In this document: one piece after another, positions 8,910 through 18,300 of the stretch
Numbering within the stretch: the stretch's first letter is position 1
Layout: each line of letters begins with the position of its first letter
Position numbers and translations under genes: made by a program
Notes under the pieces: generated by a model
The model's input: only the letters and a program-made list of their open reading frames with translations
Database searches by the model: none
Told to the model about the DNA's origin: nothing
Assembly: GCA_965202985.1 (NCBI GenBank)
Contig: CBDBCF010000002.1
Span: forward strand, 704,001 to 768,000
Origin: Longimicrobiales bacterium
Lineage (GTDB): Bacteria; Gemmatimonadota; Gemmatimonadetes; Longimicrobiales; Gaopeijiaceae
Direction: 5' to 3'
DNA: 64,000 bases

Positions 8910-10085
8910 GTGGTCGCGGACGGCGCTCTTGGGGCGGTGTTCGCGACCACGCTTCTTGCGGGCTGCGGTTCGCGCGAAGCAAGCCAGACCGGGCGCGCCC
9001 AGGTCGACACGTTGGAAGACGGTCGCGTGCTGGTGTCCAACACTGATGTCGCATCGGAGGACGGCGCCTTTCGGATCTTGGTCGCGTCCGAGATCGGCGC
9101 TCGCACTGGCGACGGGCCCGAGGCCTTTGCGGACGTTTCGTCCCTCGCGGCGGACCAATCCGGAAGGTTGTACGTGGTCGACTCGGGAGCCAACGAGATT
9201 CGAGTGTTCGACTCCGGCAACGGATATGTTGCACGCTTTGGGCGGCAAGGCCGCGGACCGGGGGAACTCTTGTGGTCTGGAGTCAGGGTATCTCTGTCGA
9301 CCCGGAATCTGCTTTGGATCGTCGATCCGCCATGGCTGAGAATGGTCGACTCGCTCGGCAGACCTCTTGGAAGGGCCTTTCAGGGGATCGACTTCAGCGC
9401 GGGCAGGGGCAACAACGCCGATACGGTCGGCTTCGCGTACGCAGCTCGAACGTTCCCCGACGGCGGACCGCCCGATCTTACTCCCGACTACATCGTGAAG
9501 TACGGCAGGTCCGAAAGCGGAAACGCCGTGGCCGTGGACAGCCTTTCGCTGCCGCAACTCGACTTCGAGTTCAGGGTTGCAAGGGCTGAAGGAGGAATTG
9601 CGGAGATCGAATTCCTGCCGATGCAACCAGAGATCGTGTGGGCAGTCGCTCCAGGCGGCACGATTTGGATCGCCAACACGTCCGAGTATCTGCTTCACGA
9701 GTTGGCCATGGGAGGGGACACGCTTCGGACGGTGGCGCTGGAGCGCGATCCTCGGCCCTTCGAAGGGCGGCATCGGGACAGCTTGGCCGAGCTGACCGGG
9801 TTCCCGGCGGACCAGCTACCTGCCGATCTGCCGTTCATGGACCGAATCGACGTGGCGCCCGGCGGATACCTGTGGGTGCGCCAACCCAGGACGCCCCAGC
9901 CACAGGCATGGGACATCTTCGACGATCGCGGGCACTACCTGGGACCCGCTTTCTCCGAAGTGCCGCTGGACGACTACCCGTTGCGCGTCACGGGACCGCG
10001 TACCGCTGTCGGCGTCAGAAGAGACGCGTTCGGGGTGGAGTACGTCGTTCGACTGGAACTGCGGCCCCCGGACGATGAGCATTAG
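8910..10085 (+). CDS. 6-bladed beta-propeller (NHL-like) lipoprotein
   Basis: Lipobox LLAGC and NHL-like blade GRLYVVDSGANEIRVFD..G.YV..FGRQGRGPGEL. Start inferred at GTG 8910. Confidence 0.75.
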   Translation: MVADGALGAVFATTLLAGCGSREASQTGRAQVDTLEDGRVLVSNTDVASEDGAFRILVASEIGARTGDGPEAFADVSSLAADQSGRLYVVDSGANEIRVFDSGNGYVARFGRQGRGPGELLWSGVRVSLSTRNLLWIVDPPWLRMVDSLGRPLGRAFQGIDFSAGRGNNADTVGFAYAARTFPDGGPPDLTPDYIVKYGRSESGNAVAVDSLSLPQLDFEFRVARAEGGIAEIEFLPMQPEIVWAVAPGGTIWIANTSEYLLHELAMGGDTLRTVALERDPRPFEGRHRDSLAELTGFPADQLPADLPFMDRIDVAPGGYLWVRQPRTPQPQAWDIFDDRGHYLGPAFSEVPLDDYPLRVTGPRTAVGVRRDAFGVEYVVRLELRPPDDEH

Positions 10086-10197
10086 CGTACCGTAGCCCAC
10101 GCACAGCGGACCAGCGGGTCGATTCAGTACGACCGCCACCGGCAGTGGCCCTCGTCGTTGCCGCAGCGCCCTGGACCGTTCGAGCCGAGGGTCGTCG

Positions 10198-11778
10198 CTA
10201 CATCCCCCAGACCGCGATCTCGACACCGCTCTCGGCGGTCCGCCTGTCCCGGAACACCTTCTCGTCCCAGCTGCGCGCCGCGCCGCGGTCGAAGACAACC
10301 AAGTGCCCCGCCTCCGCGCGACAGAGGTCCATGTAAGCAGCGGTCTGCTCCACGCCCTCCGCCACCGTTCGCTCCAGACGCCGGCCCTCGTGCCGCACCT
10401 TGCACTCCACCACGTACTTGCGCACCACCTCGCCCTCCGGCCACTCGATCAGCAGGTCCGCGCGGCGGCGGCCCAGTCCGTGCTCCCGGCCGACCCGGCC
10501 GCCGCTGTTCACGATCCGTTGCAGGAACGCCTGCAACAACAAGTGCGGCCCTGCCTCCTTGTACTCGAACCGCTCGACCCAGCTCTGCGCGTTCTCCCGG
10601 AAGAACTCCTGGAACCGGGCCAGCAACTTCTCCAGCCGCAGGGCGCCTCCCGCGTCCACGTACCACGCCGGATCGTCCTGAATCTTCATCTGAGTCGGCC
10701 ACGTCAGTTGCCGGGGCACCACTTCCGCATAGATCGGATTCGCCAACCGAAGCGGCGGGTCCCGGGCAATCAGGCCCAGGTCCTGCACGTACTCGATGTC
10801 GTCGGCGGTCGACTCGAACCCGTCTCCGCCCACCAGGAGCGGCTCGATCACCCGCCGTACCCGGCCTTCCTTCAGCTTGTCGGTCAGCTGATCCAAGTGC
10901 GTGTCGCGTCGCAGGATCAGCGTCTCCTTGGCCGCCAGCACATCCGCCCGGGTCACGGCACGCGAGCGGTCCACCTCCAACTCGCCTCGAAAGCACATCT
11001 CGTAGGCCAGCGCGTTCACCAGCCATGGTTGGCCTTGGGTCTGGGTCCACACTGCCTCCGGGGCGCCGTCCGCGAACGGCTGGCCCGTTTCGTCGGTGTG
11101 CTGAGCAAGCAGGGCGAGTACTTCGTGCCGCGAGAAGTCGCCCATGCGCAGGGACTCGGCCTTGATGTTGAACGCGCTGCCGCCGGCAACCATCGTGTTG
11201 GCCGAACCCGAGTGGATGCGGTAGTCGCGCACATCCCGAACCCCGCACAAGATCACGCTCTGGGGAAAGCCGTCCGGACGCAGATGGTAGCCCGCCCGCA
11301 ACTGTCGCAAGACTGCCAGGAGCGAGTCGCCCACCAGTGAATCGACCTCGTCGATCAGCAGCACGAGGGGCTTCTCGCTGGCCTCGGACCATTGGGTCAG
11401 GGCCGCCCCCAGCGCTCCGGCTCCGAACTCGGCCGCAATGCGGGACCACTCGTCCAACAGGAAGTCGTCGTCCGTCGCTCGCCGAGCGCCCAAGGCCATC
11501 TGGCCCAGGATGACCTTGGTCGCCCGCTCTACGTCTTCGCGCATCGCCTGTCCCGCTTCCACGTTGACGTAGACGCAACGGTGGCGGCCCTCGGCGTTCA
11601 GCAGGTCCTGAAGAGCCAAGAGGGCGGAGGTCTTCCCCGTTTGCCGGGGCGCGTGAAGTACGAAGTACTGCTTTTCTGCGATCAGCTTGCGGACCTCGGC
11701 AAGGTCGAGCCGATCGAGGGGCGGGATGCAGTAGTGGTCCCGCGTCGCAACTGGGCCAGACTTGTTGAATCGGCGCAT
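10198..11778 (-). CDS. P-loop/AAA-like ATPase with C-terminal PD-(D/E)XK-like nuclease domain (copy 1)
   Basis: Walker A APRQTGKTS, Walker B LLIDEVD, C-terminal RE..G..RADLLI...VVECK. Confidence 0.8.
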   Translation of the reverse strand: MRRFNKSGPVATRDHYCIPPLDRLDLAEVRKLIAEKQYFVLHAPRQTGKTSALLALQDLLNAEGRHRCVYVNVEAGQAMREDVERATKVILGQMALGARRATDDDFLLDEWSRIAAEFGAGALGAALTQWSEASEKPLVLLIDEVDSLVGDSLLAVLRQLRAGYHLRPDGFPQSVILCGVRDVRDYRIHSGSANTMVAGGSAFNIKAESLRMGDFSRHEVLALLAQHTDETGQPFADGAPEAVWTQTQGQPWLVNALAYEMCFRGELEVDRSRAVTRADVLAAKETLILRRDTHLDQLTDKLKEGRVRRVIEPLLVGGDGFESTADDIEYVQDLGLIARDPPLRLANPIYAEVVPRQLTWPTQMKIQDDPAWYVDAGGALRLEKLLARFQEFFRENAQSWVERFEYKEAGPHLLLQAFLQRIVNSGGRVGREHGLGRRRADLLIEWPEGEVVRKYVVECKVRHEGRRLERTVAEGVEQTAAYMDLCRAEAGHLVVFDRGAARSWDEKVFRDRRTAESGVEIAVWGM

Positions 11779-11800
11779 CTCGACGTTACCCGAGTCTGGC

Positions 11801-12073
11801 CTACGCCGCCCTCAGGAAGCGTCGGCAGAGTTGTGCGACGCGGTCGTCGCCCTCAACCTCGGCCCGTTTCAGGATGCACTGAACATGGGGCACCAGGCGG
11901 CGCTCTCCCCAACTGAAACCGGTGGCCAGTTCCGCGCTCCTCGTGTCGCCTTCGTTGGCGCCGGCGATGAGCGCCAAGGCGCATGCTTCGTCGAAGTACG
12001 ACGAGCCGGGCTCGGGGAGGTGGTACTTGCGAGGCCGATCGTCCCGGTCCTCCTTTACGAATGCTCTGGACAT
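11801..12073 (-). CDS. small hypothetical protein (90 aa, begins MSRAFVKED)
   Basis: 3' part of ORF 11801..12745; ATG at 12073 preceded by an AAGGAG ribosome-binding site. Confidence 0.6.
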   Translation of the reverse strand: MSRAFVKEDRDDRPRKYHLPEPGSSYFDEACALALIAGANEGDTRSAELATGFSWGERRLVPHVQCILKRAEVEGDDRVAQLCRRFLRAA

Positions 12074-12201
12074 GCACGGCCACCACTCCTTGGGTCCCGG
12101 AGCACCGCCCCCATGGCGCTGCCGCCGCCGACAGCCCAACCTGGGCGCTCGCCTCATGTCCGCGCAACTCCGGCGGCGACGCCGGGAGGACCCGTCGCGT
12201 C

Positions 12202-13248
12202 CTAACCCACGGTCGTGATCATCTCGAAGATGGGGAGGTACATGGCGACGATCATGCCGCCGACCAGGACGCCCAGGACGAGGATCATGGCCGGCTCCAG
12301 GGCGGCCAGGAGGGCTTCCACGGCGGCGTCCACCTCTTGGTCGTGGAAGTCGGCGACTCGGGCGAGCATCTCGTCCAGGGCGCCGGTCTGCTCGCCGACG
12401 TCGATCATCTGGACGACCACGGGCGGGAAGACGCCGGATTCGGCCAGGGGGCTGGCGATGGTGTCGCCGGCGGCGATCGAGGCGCGAGAGCGCATGACGG
12501 CGTCGTGGACGACTCGGTTGCCTGCCGTCTTGGCGGTGGCCTGGAGTCCGTCCAGGATGGGCACGCCCGACGCCACGAGGGTTCCCAAGGTGCGGGTGAA
12601 GCGGGACACGGCGGCCTTGCGGAGCAGGTTGCCGAGGACGGGAACGCCCAGGGCGAAGCGGTCCGCTGCCAGGCGTCCGCCGTCGGTTCGGTAGGCGCGG
12701 GCCAGGGCGACGACCGCCAGGACGCACACGCCCAACACCATCCACCAGCGTTCCTTTACGAGGTCCGACGCGCCGATCACCATGCGCGTGGGGAACGGCA
12801 GGGGCACGCCGGCGGACGCAAACATCTGTTCGAACGTGGGGACCACGGCCACCAGCATGACGACGACGGCGGGCACGGTGACGGCCACGATCATCGCCGG
12901 GTACACGGTTGCGCTTCGCACCCGGCGCGCGAGCGCGGCATGCTTCTCCATGAAGTCGGCCAGCCGGGCCAGGATCGTGTCCAGCGCGCCGCCGGCTTCG
13001 CCCGCGGCCACCATGTCCACGGCGACGCCGGAGAACACCCGCCGGTGACGACCCATGGCGTCGGCCAGGGTGCGGCCCGACTCCACGTCCGACAGCATCC
13101 GGCGAACCACGCGGCGCAGGTTCTCGTTCCGGGTCTGGCGGGCCAGCGCGTCCAGGCTCTGCACGAGGGGCAGGCCCGCGCCGATCATCGTCGCGAACAG
13201 GCGGACGAACACGACGATCTCGCGGTGGGGAACGCGCGTCCGGCTCAC
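12202..13248 (-). CDS. pilC: type II secretion F family / type IV pilus platform protein PilC
   Basis: Two T2SSF repeats (MVAAGEAGGALDTIL; MIDVGEQTGALDEML), ending LEPAMI...AMYLPIF. GTG start overlaps the pilT stop (GTGA). Confidence 0.85.
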   Translation of the reverse strand: MSRTRVPHREIVVFVRLFATMIGAGLPLVQSLDALARQTRNENLRRVVRRMLSDVESGRTLADAMGRHRRVFSGVAVDMVAAGEAGGALDTILARLADFMEKHAALARRVRSATVYPAMIVAVTVPAVVVMLVAVVPTFEQMFASAGVPLPFPTRMVIGASDLVKERWWMVLGVCVLAVVALARAYRTDGGRLAADRFALGVPVLGNLLRKAAVSRFTRTLGTLVASGVPILDGLQATAKTAGNRVVHDAVMRSRASIAAGDTIASPLAESGVFPPVVVQMIDVGEQTGALDEMLARVADFHDQEVDAAVEALLAALEPAMILVLGVLVGGMIVAMYLPIFEMITTVG

Positions 13249-14387
13249 GGTCGCCCGCCCAGGTACGCGCCGTGGTCGAAGCCTTCGGGGGCCGGTTCGC
13301 CGACGGCTCGGAGCAGCGCGGCCGGGTCGCCGCTGCGCTTGAGGGCCTCTTCCAGCAACACTTCGCCGTTCAGGTAGAGGCCGGCCAGCGCGTCTTCCAT
13401 GGTCTGCATGCCGTGCTTGCGGCCGGCTTGCATGAGCGACGGTATCTGGTGCGCGCGCTCGTCTCGGATCACGGCCCGCACCGCCGGCGTGCACACGAGC
13501 ACCTCGGCCGCCGCGGCCCGGCCCCGCTTGTCGGCGCGAGGAACCAGCACCTGCGTCACAACGCCCTGGAGGACGGCGGCCAGCTGGGCGCGGATCAGCG
13601 CCTGCCGCCCGACGGGGAAGGCGTCAACGATGCGGTTGACCGACTCGGCGGCGGAGCCGGTGTGGAGGGTGGCCAGCACCAGGTGGCCCGTTTCGGCGGC
13701 GGCCAGGGCGGCGCCCATCGTCTCCGCGTCGCGCATCTCGCCCACCAGGATCACGTCCGGGTCTTGGCGGAGGGCGTGCTTGAGCGCGGCGGCGAAGTTG
13801 GGGGTGTCGTCGCCCACCTGCCGCTGGTTGACGATGCACTTCCGGTGCTGGTGGACGAACTCGATCGGGTCCTCCACGGTGACGACGTGGCCTCGGCGCT
13901 CGTCGTTGATGGCGTCCACGATGGCGGCCAGCGTGGTGGACTTGCCCGAGCCCGACGGCCCCGTGACCAGAACCAGCCCCCAGGGGCGGCGGGCTAAGGC
14001 GTGCACCGCGGGCGGGAGGCCCAGGTCGCCCAGCGCGGGCGGGCGGAACGGGATCCGCCGCACGACCACGGCGGGACGGCCCTGCTGACGGAAGCAGGCG
14101 CCTCGGAAGCGGGCCAACGTCGGGACGGCGAAGGCGAAGTCCACATCGCGTCCGGCGTCGAGGCGGAGCTGCTGGTCGTCGTCCAGCAACGCGCGAACCA
14201 GGTGTTCGAGATCGTCGGCCCGGAGCGGACTGTCCGACTCGGCCCCCGTCAGCGCGCCGTCGATGCGGAGCTTGGGGGGCTGGCCGACGGTCAGGTGAAG
14301 GTCCGAAGCGTCGCGCCGGACCATTTCGCCGAGTAGCGGTTCCAGTGTCGGAGGAATCGGTGTGGACGAGTTGGTGGACGGATTCAC
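13245..14387 (-). CDS. pilT: type IV pilus retraction ATPase PilT
   Basis: ASDLHL, Walker A GPSGSGKSTT, TVEDPIEF, LRQDPDVILVGEMRD, AETGHLVLATLH, AIRNLIRE-like AVRAVIRD, GMQTM; upstream AAGGAG. Confidence 0.9.
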   Translation of the reverse strand: MNPSTNSSTPIPPTLEPLLGEMVRRDASDLHLTVGQPPKLRIDGALTGAESDSPLRADDLEHLVRALLDDDQQLRLDAGRDVDFAFAVPTLARFRGACFRQQGRPAVVVRRIPFRPPALGDLGLPPAVHALARRPWGLVLVTGPSGSGKSTTLAAIVDAINDERRGHVVTVEDPIEFVHQHRKCIVNQRQVGDDTPNFAAALKHALRQDPDVILVGEMRDAETMGAALAAAETGHLVLATLHTGSAAESVNRIVDAFPVGRQALIRAQLAAVLQGVVTQVLVPRADKRGRAAAAEVLVCTPAVRAVIRDERAHQIPSLMQAGRKHGMQTMEDALAGLYLNGEVLLEEALKRSGDPAALLRAVGEPAPEGFDHGAYLGGRP

Positions 14388-14504
14388 GAGGGGACTCCTT
14401 GTGGGAAGAAGGGCGACGATGGATTGCGGTCTATTCGGAAGCGGCCGCGCAGCGGCAGGCTGGGGCGGTGGACGGCGGCGAGCAGGGGCGGCGACGGACC
14501 AACG

Positions 14505-15206
14505 TCAGCGCCCGACGCTCACCAGCGGCGCAAGACGGGCGAAGGTCTTGTCGCCGATGCCGGACACCTTCTTCAGGTCCTCGGGCACCACGAAGCGGCC
14601 GTGCTGATCGCGATACTCCACGATGCGCCTGGCCAGGGCCGGCCCGATCCCGGGCAACGAATCCAGTTGAGCGATGGTGGCCCGGTTCAGGTCCACGGGG
14701 CTGCCGCCGGGGCTGGTCGCGACGCGGTTCGGGGGCGCACGGGAGACGGGGGGCGCAAATCCGCTCGGGGACGCGCGCGAGAAGGGCGCCGTTCGTCCGG
14801 AGGCCGTGCGGGGGTCGAAGCGCAGGAACGGCTCCAGTCGCTCGACCGAACTCGGTCCCACGCCGGGGACGCGCGCCAACTCCGCGACGGTCGCGAAGGG
14901 GCCGTTAGCTTGGCGGTCCTCGACGATGCGGCGGGCTATCGACGCGCCGACCCCGGGGAGACGGTCGAGCTCCTCTTCCCCCGCCGCGTTGGGGTCGATC
15001 GTTTCGCCGGCAGCCAGCGGACGGCTGCGGCGTTCCTTTTCCTTGGCCGCGGAATCGCCGGCCGCCGAGAGGCTGTCCGCAATGGAATGGCGGCCCTCGA
15101 GGGGCGGGTCGGCGGGCACGTGGGCGGTCAGGACGAACCGGACGGCGGCTGCGCCCAGCAGGATCAGGGATGCGCGCGTCATGCTCTTGCGTTCTCTGTC
15201 GGTCAC
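14505..15206 (-). CDS. comEA: ComEA-family helix-hairpin-helix DNA-binding protein with two HhH domains
   Basis: N-terminal TM segment, then two IN.A...L..LPG(V/I)G...A.RIV..R...G.F....L..V.G(V/I)G units separated by a Pro/Ser linker. Confidence 0.8.
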   Translation of the reverse strand: MTDRERKSMTRASLILLGAAAVRFVLTAHVPADPPLEGRHSIADSLSAAGDSAAKEKERRSRPLAAGETIDPNAAGEEELDRLPGVGASIARRIVEDRQANGPFATVAELARVPGVGPSSVERLEPFLRFDPRTASGRTAPFSRASPSGFAPPVSRAPPNRVATSPGGSPVDLNRATIAQLDSLPGIGPALARRIVEYRDQHGRFVVPEDLKKVSGIGDKTFARLAPLVSVGR

Positions 15207-15359
15207 GGGGTCCTCGCAGGGTCGCAGGGGGGCGGACGAACCGGGGCCGGGAAGGCCGGACAGAGAAGCTTCGCGCCGAAAAATGGGCGTTTACATGGTT
15301 GAATCGGCCTCACTTTTCCGGCGGGCTGGAGGGCGGCCCGGCAAGGGGCGCGGCGGCCT

Positions 15360-18300
15360 TCAGGAAGCGCCTGGAATCAACCCCGCCGTGAGGAGGAAGT
15401 GGCCGAAGACGTTCATCTGCAGCTGGGTCGTGCCGGCGCGGCGGCCGACGAAGGAGCGTCGGTCCAGGTAGCGGAGCCGCACCCCCAGCTGGAAATCGCG
15501 AACCTGCGAGTCGACCGACACGGAAGCGGCCCGCTCCAGCTGGTCGATGAACGACACGCATGCGGCGGCGCCCTCAATGCCGACACCGGCGACCCGGCAC
15601 TGGACCTCGTCCGTGTAGCCCACGTCCAGGACGATCCGCAGGGGCGCCCCCCGTCTGCTGAACGCCGGCAGGGGAGACGCCAGCCGGGCCGAGAGGGCGA
15701 AGGCGTGGCTGTTGGCGCGGCGCCGGGTGTCGCCCGTCGGATCCGAACTCTCGCCCCGGCCCAAACGGCCCCGGTACGTCAGGGCGAACCCGCGGGGGAA
15801 GCCCAGGGACAGCGACATCGGCACTTCGCGGTCCTCCCGCGTGCGGTCCTGCCGCGCAACGGCCCCGAACGCCAGGGCGCGGCGCTCCTTCCGATACCCG
15901 GTCCCCGCCGACACGCGCTCGACCGCCGCCGAGAGCCAGCCGGGCAGAATCAAGTTCGCGATCTCCGCCCGCACGTCGGGCCACACCTGGCGCAGGACCT
16001 CGCGGTCGGAGCGCGTGTCCAGCGTCTCGTTCAGGGAACGGTCGTAGGCCAGGCCCACCGACGCCGAGCCCGGCAGGCGCAGCCCCCCGCGCACCTGCAC
16101 GCGGTCCCGCTCGCCCAGCGTGGCCGCAGTGTCGGCCCCGATCCGCATGAACCGTTCGCGCCCGCCCCACCCCAGCTCGTACAGGAGCCCCGGGTCCACC
16201 GGGTCGCGATCGAAGCGCGAGGCCACCCCCCGCGACCACGTGACCGACAGCGGGTCCATGGCGTCCGACCACCACCGCGCGAACGGCCCGCGCTCCGCGC
16301 CTTCGCCGGCCAGCCGCCCCGGGTCCAAGGCGAACGCGGCCACCAGATCGCGCCGGCCGTTCACGTTGCGCAGCAGCGTCCGAGCCGTGTCCGACCGCGC
16401 GCGCCCTTCCCCGCTCCGCCGGCCCACCAAGTCCGGGTTCCGCTCGGACACGTAGTCGGTGTTCGCCTGCACCGAAGCCCGAATCCAGTCCGCCAAGCGG
16501 GGGCGGTACGCCAGCCGGGTGCGCAGCCGGCGGTCCACCTCCCACCCCCAGTCGATCCCCGCAAAGCGCCTCCGCTCCGCTTCGACCAGCGCCTGGACAT
16601 CGGCTCCGGACGCCAGCCGGTGCGACGCCAGAAGGTCCCGTCCGCTGACGAAGTCGGCTTCGGCGGTCACCGACTCCACGGGGCGCAGCGCGATCCGCGC
16701 CACGGCGGTCAGCACCCGGCGCGGGGCCTCCTTGGCCACGGCGGCACTGTCGGCGTCGGTGCGGATGATGCGGTCGAAGCGGGTGGTGTGCAGGTCCCGG
16801 CTCAGGTACTCGGTTTCGACGGCGAGGCTCTCGGGCGTCCAGCGCAGGCGCGCGCCCGCGATCCGATCCTCCACGAACGCGGGCAGGAGCGCGCGCACGA
16901 TCTCGCCCGCTCGCCCGGGGAATAGGGGCACATCGCGTCTAGGAGGGGCGGCCCGGTAGCCGGCGAACAGGTCGGCGCCGTCGCCGTCGCTCTCGGTGGT
17001 GATGTCCTGCAACGATGAACGCACCCACCCGGCCCGCACGTCGAACCCGCCTAGCAAGGCGTTCCAGAAGCCGCCGCCTTCCGGGCTCCGCCGACGCAGC
17101 GCGAAGTCGAGTCGAGTCCTTCCGAAGCCGGGGGTCCGCAGCCCCGCCAGACGGTCGGCCCGCACGTCGCTTCGGTTCAAGAAGACAGGGGCTCGGGACT
17201 CGCGCTGGTGAGCAACGACCAGCGGCGCCTCCAGTCCCCAGCCGGCAGGGGCGAAGCGGCCCATCTGCAACGTGGCGGCCAAGTCCACGGACTGGTCGTT
17301 CTGGAAGCTGGGCGACCCCCGGAGCTGCCTGAAGAACCCTCCCCGGCTGCGGTACGAGGCCCGCGCGTCCAAGAACTCGCCGCCCTCCACGCGCGCGTCG
17401 ACCGCGGACACCACGCCGGCGTCGCGCAGCCCTCGCGCCAGCCGCAGTTCGTCCACCCACACCTCGCCGGAGGCAACGCTGCCGGTCTCGTTCGCCACGC
17501 CCAGGCTGATCTCGCGCACCGACGCCAGGTTCGGCGCTCGACCCCGGTCCTGGAGGACCACGGCGTAGGCGGAGTCGGCGGACCAGATGACCAAGGGCGG
17601 GTCTCGGGCCGAGCGGGGCTCCAGGATCAGCTGCTCCTCGGCGCGGCGGCGCAGCTCCAGCCAAGGCTCGAACTCCACCACCACCTCGGGCAGCCAGTCC
17701 TCTTGGCGGAGGGGGCCGGGAGCGCGGGACGGGGGCAGTCGCGTGCGGTACAGGTAGAAGTTCCGGTCGTCGGTCCCGACCTTCAGGAAGAACCACGCCG
17801 CCACGTTCGGTCCCGTCTCGCCCCTCACCGGCGCCACCCAAAGGCGCGCCTCGCGGTACGACAGGAAGTCGCGGGGCCGCTGCGGGAACCGGTTGTAGAC
17901 CTCCACGCGGGCGCCCGGCGGCACGTCCTCGAACGACAGGGCCAGAGAACGCTCGTTGAACTCGATCCCCTGTCCGCCGAACGCCGCCGCCGGGTCGTCG
18001 AGCTGCTCCACGACGCCGGGGGGCGACACGTAGGCGTCGTCGGCCGTGAGCTTGGAGACGGGACCCACCTCCACGCGACCGCCAAGGGCCGCCGTGTCGC
18101 CCGCCAGGCCGGTCAGGACGCCCCCCGGGTAGCGCTTGAGCCACGTGGAGCCGACGATGCCCAGGCGCGCCAGGACGAACGAGTCGCGGCGCCGGCCCGT
18201 CACCGTGAACCGCAGGTGACGCACGGCCCGAAGCTCGGCCTCGCCGATCGTGCCGCCCACGTCCAGGCCTGACGGGTCGCGCAGGGGAACGCGGTAGAGC

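Noticed and set aside
4445..9220. 1591-aa minus-strand ORF, and similar long ORFs 82..2610, 44045..48154, 16939..20631 and 18573..21398
   Set aside because: These are antisense or off-frame shadows of well-supported genes, expected in high-GC DNA with few stop codons; Arg/Gly/Pro-rich with no motifs.
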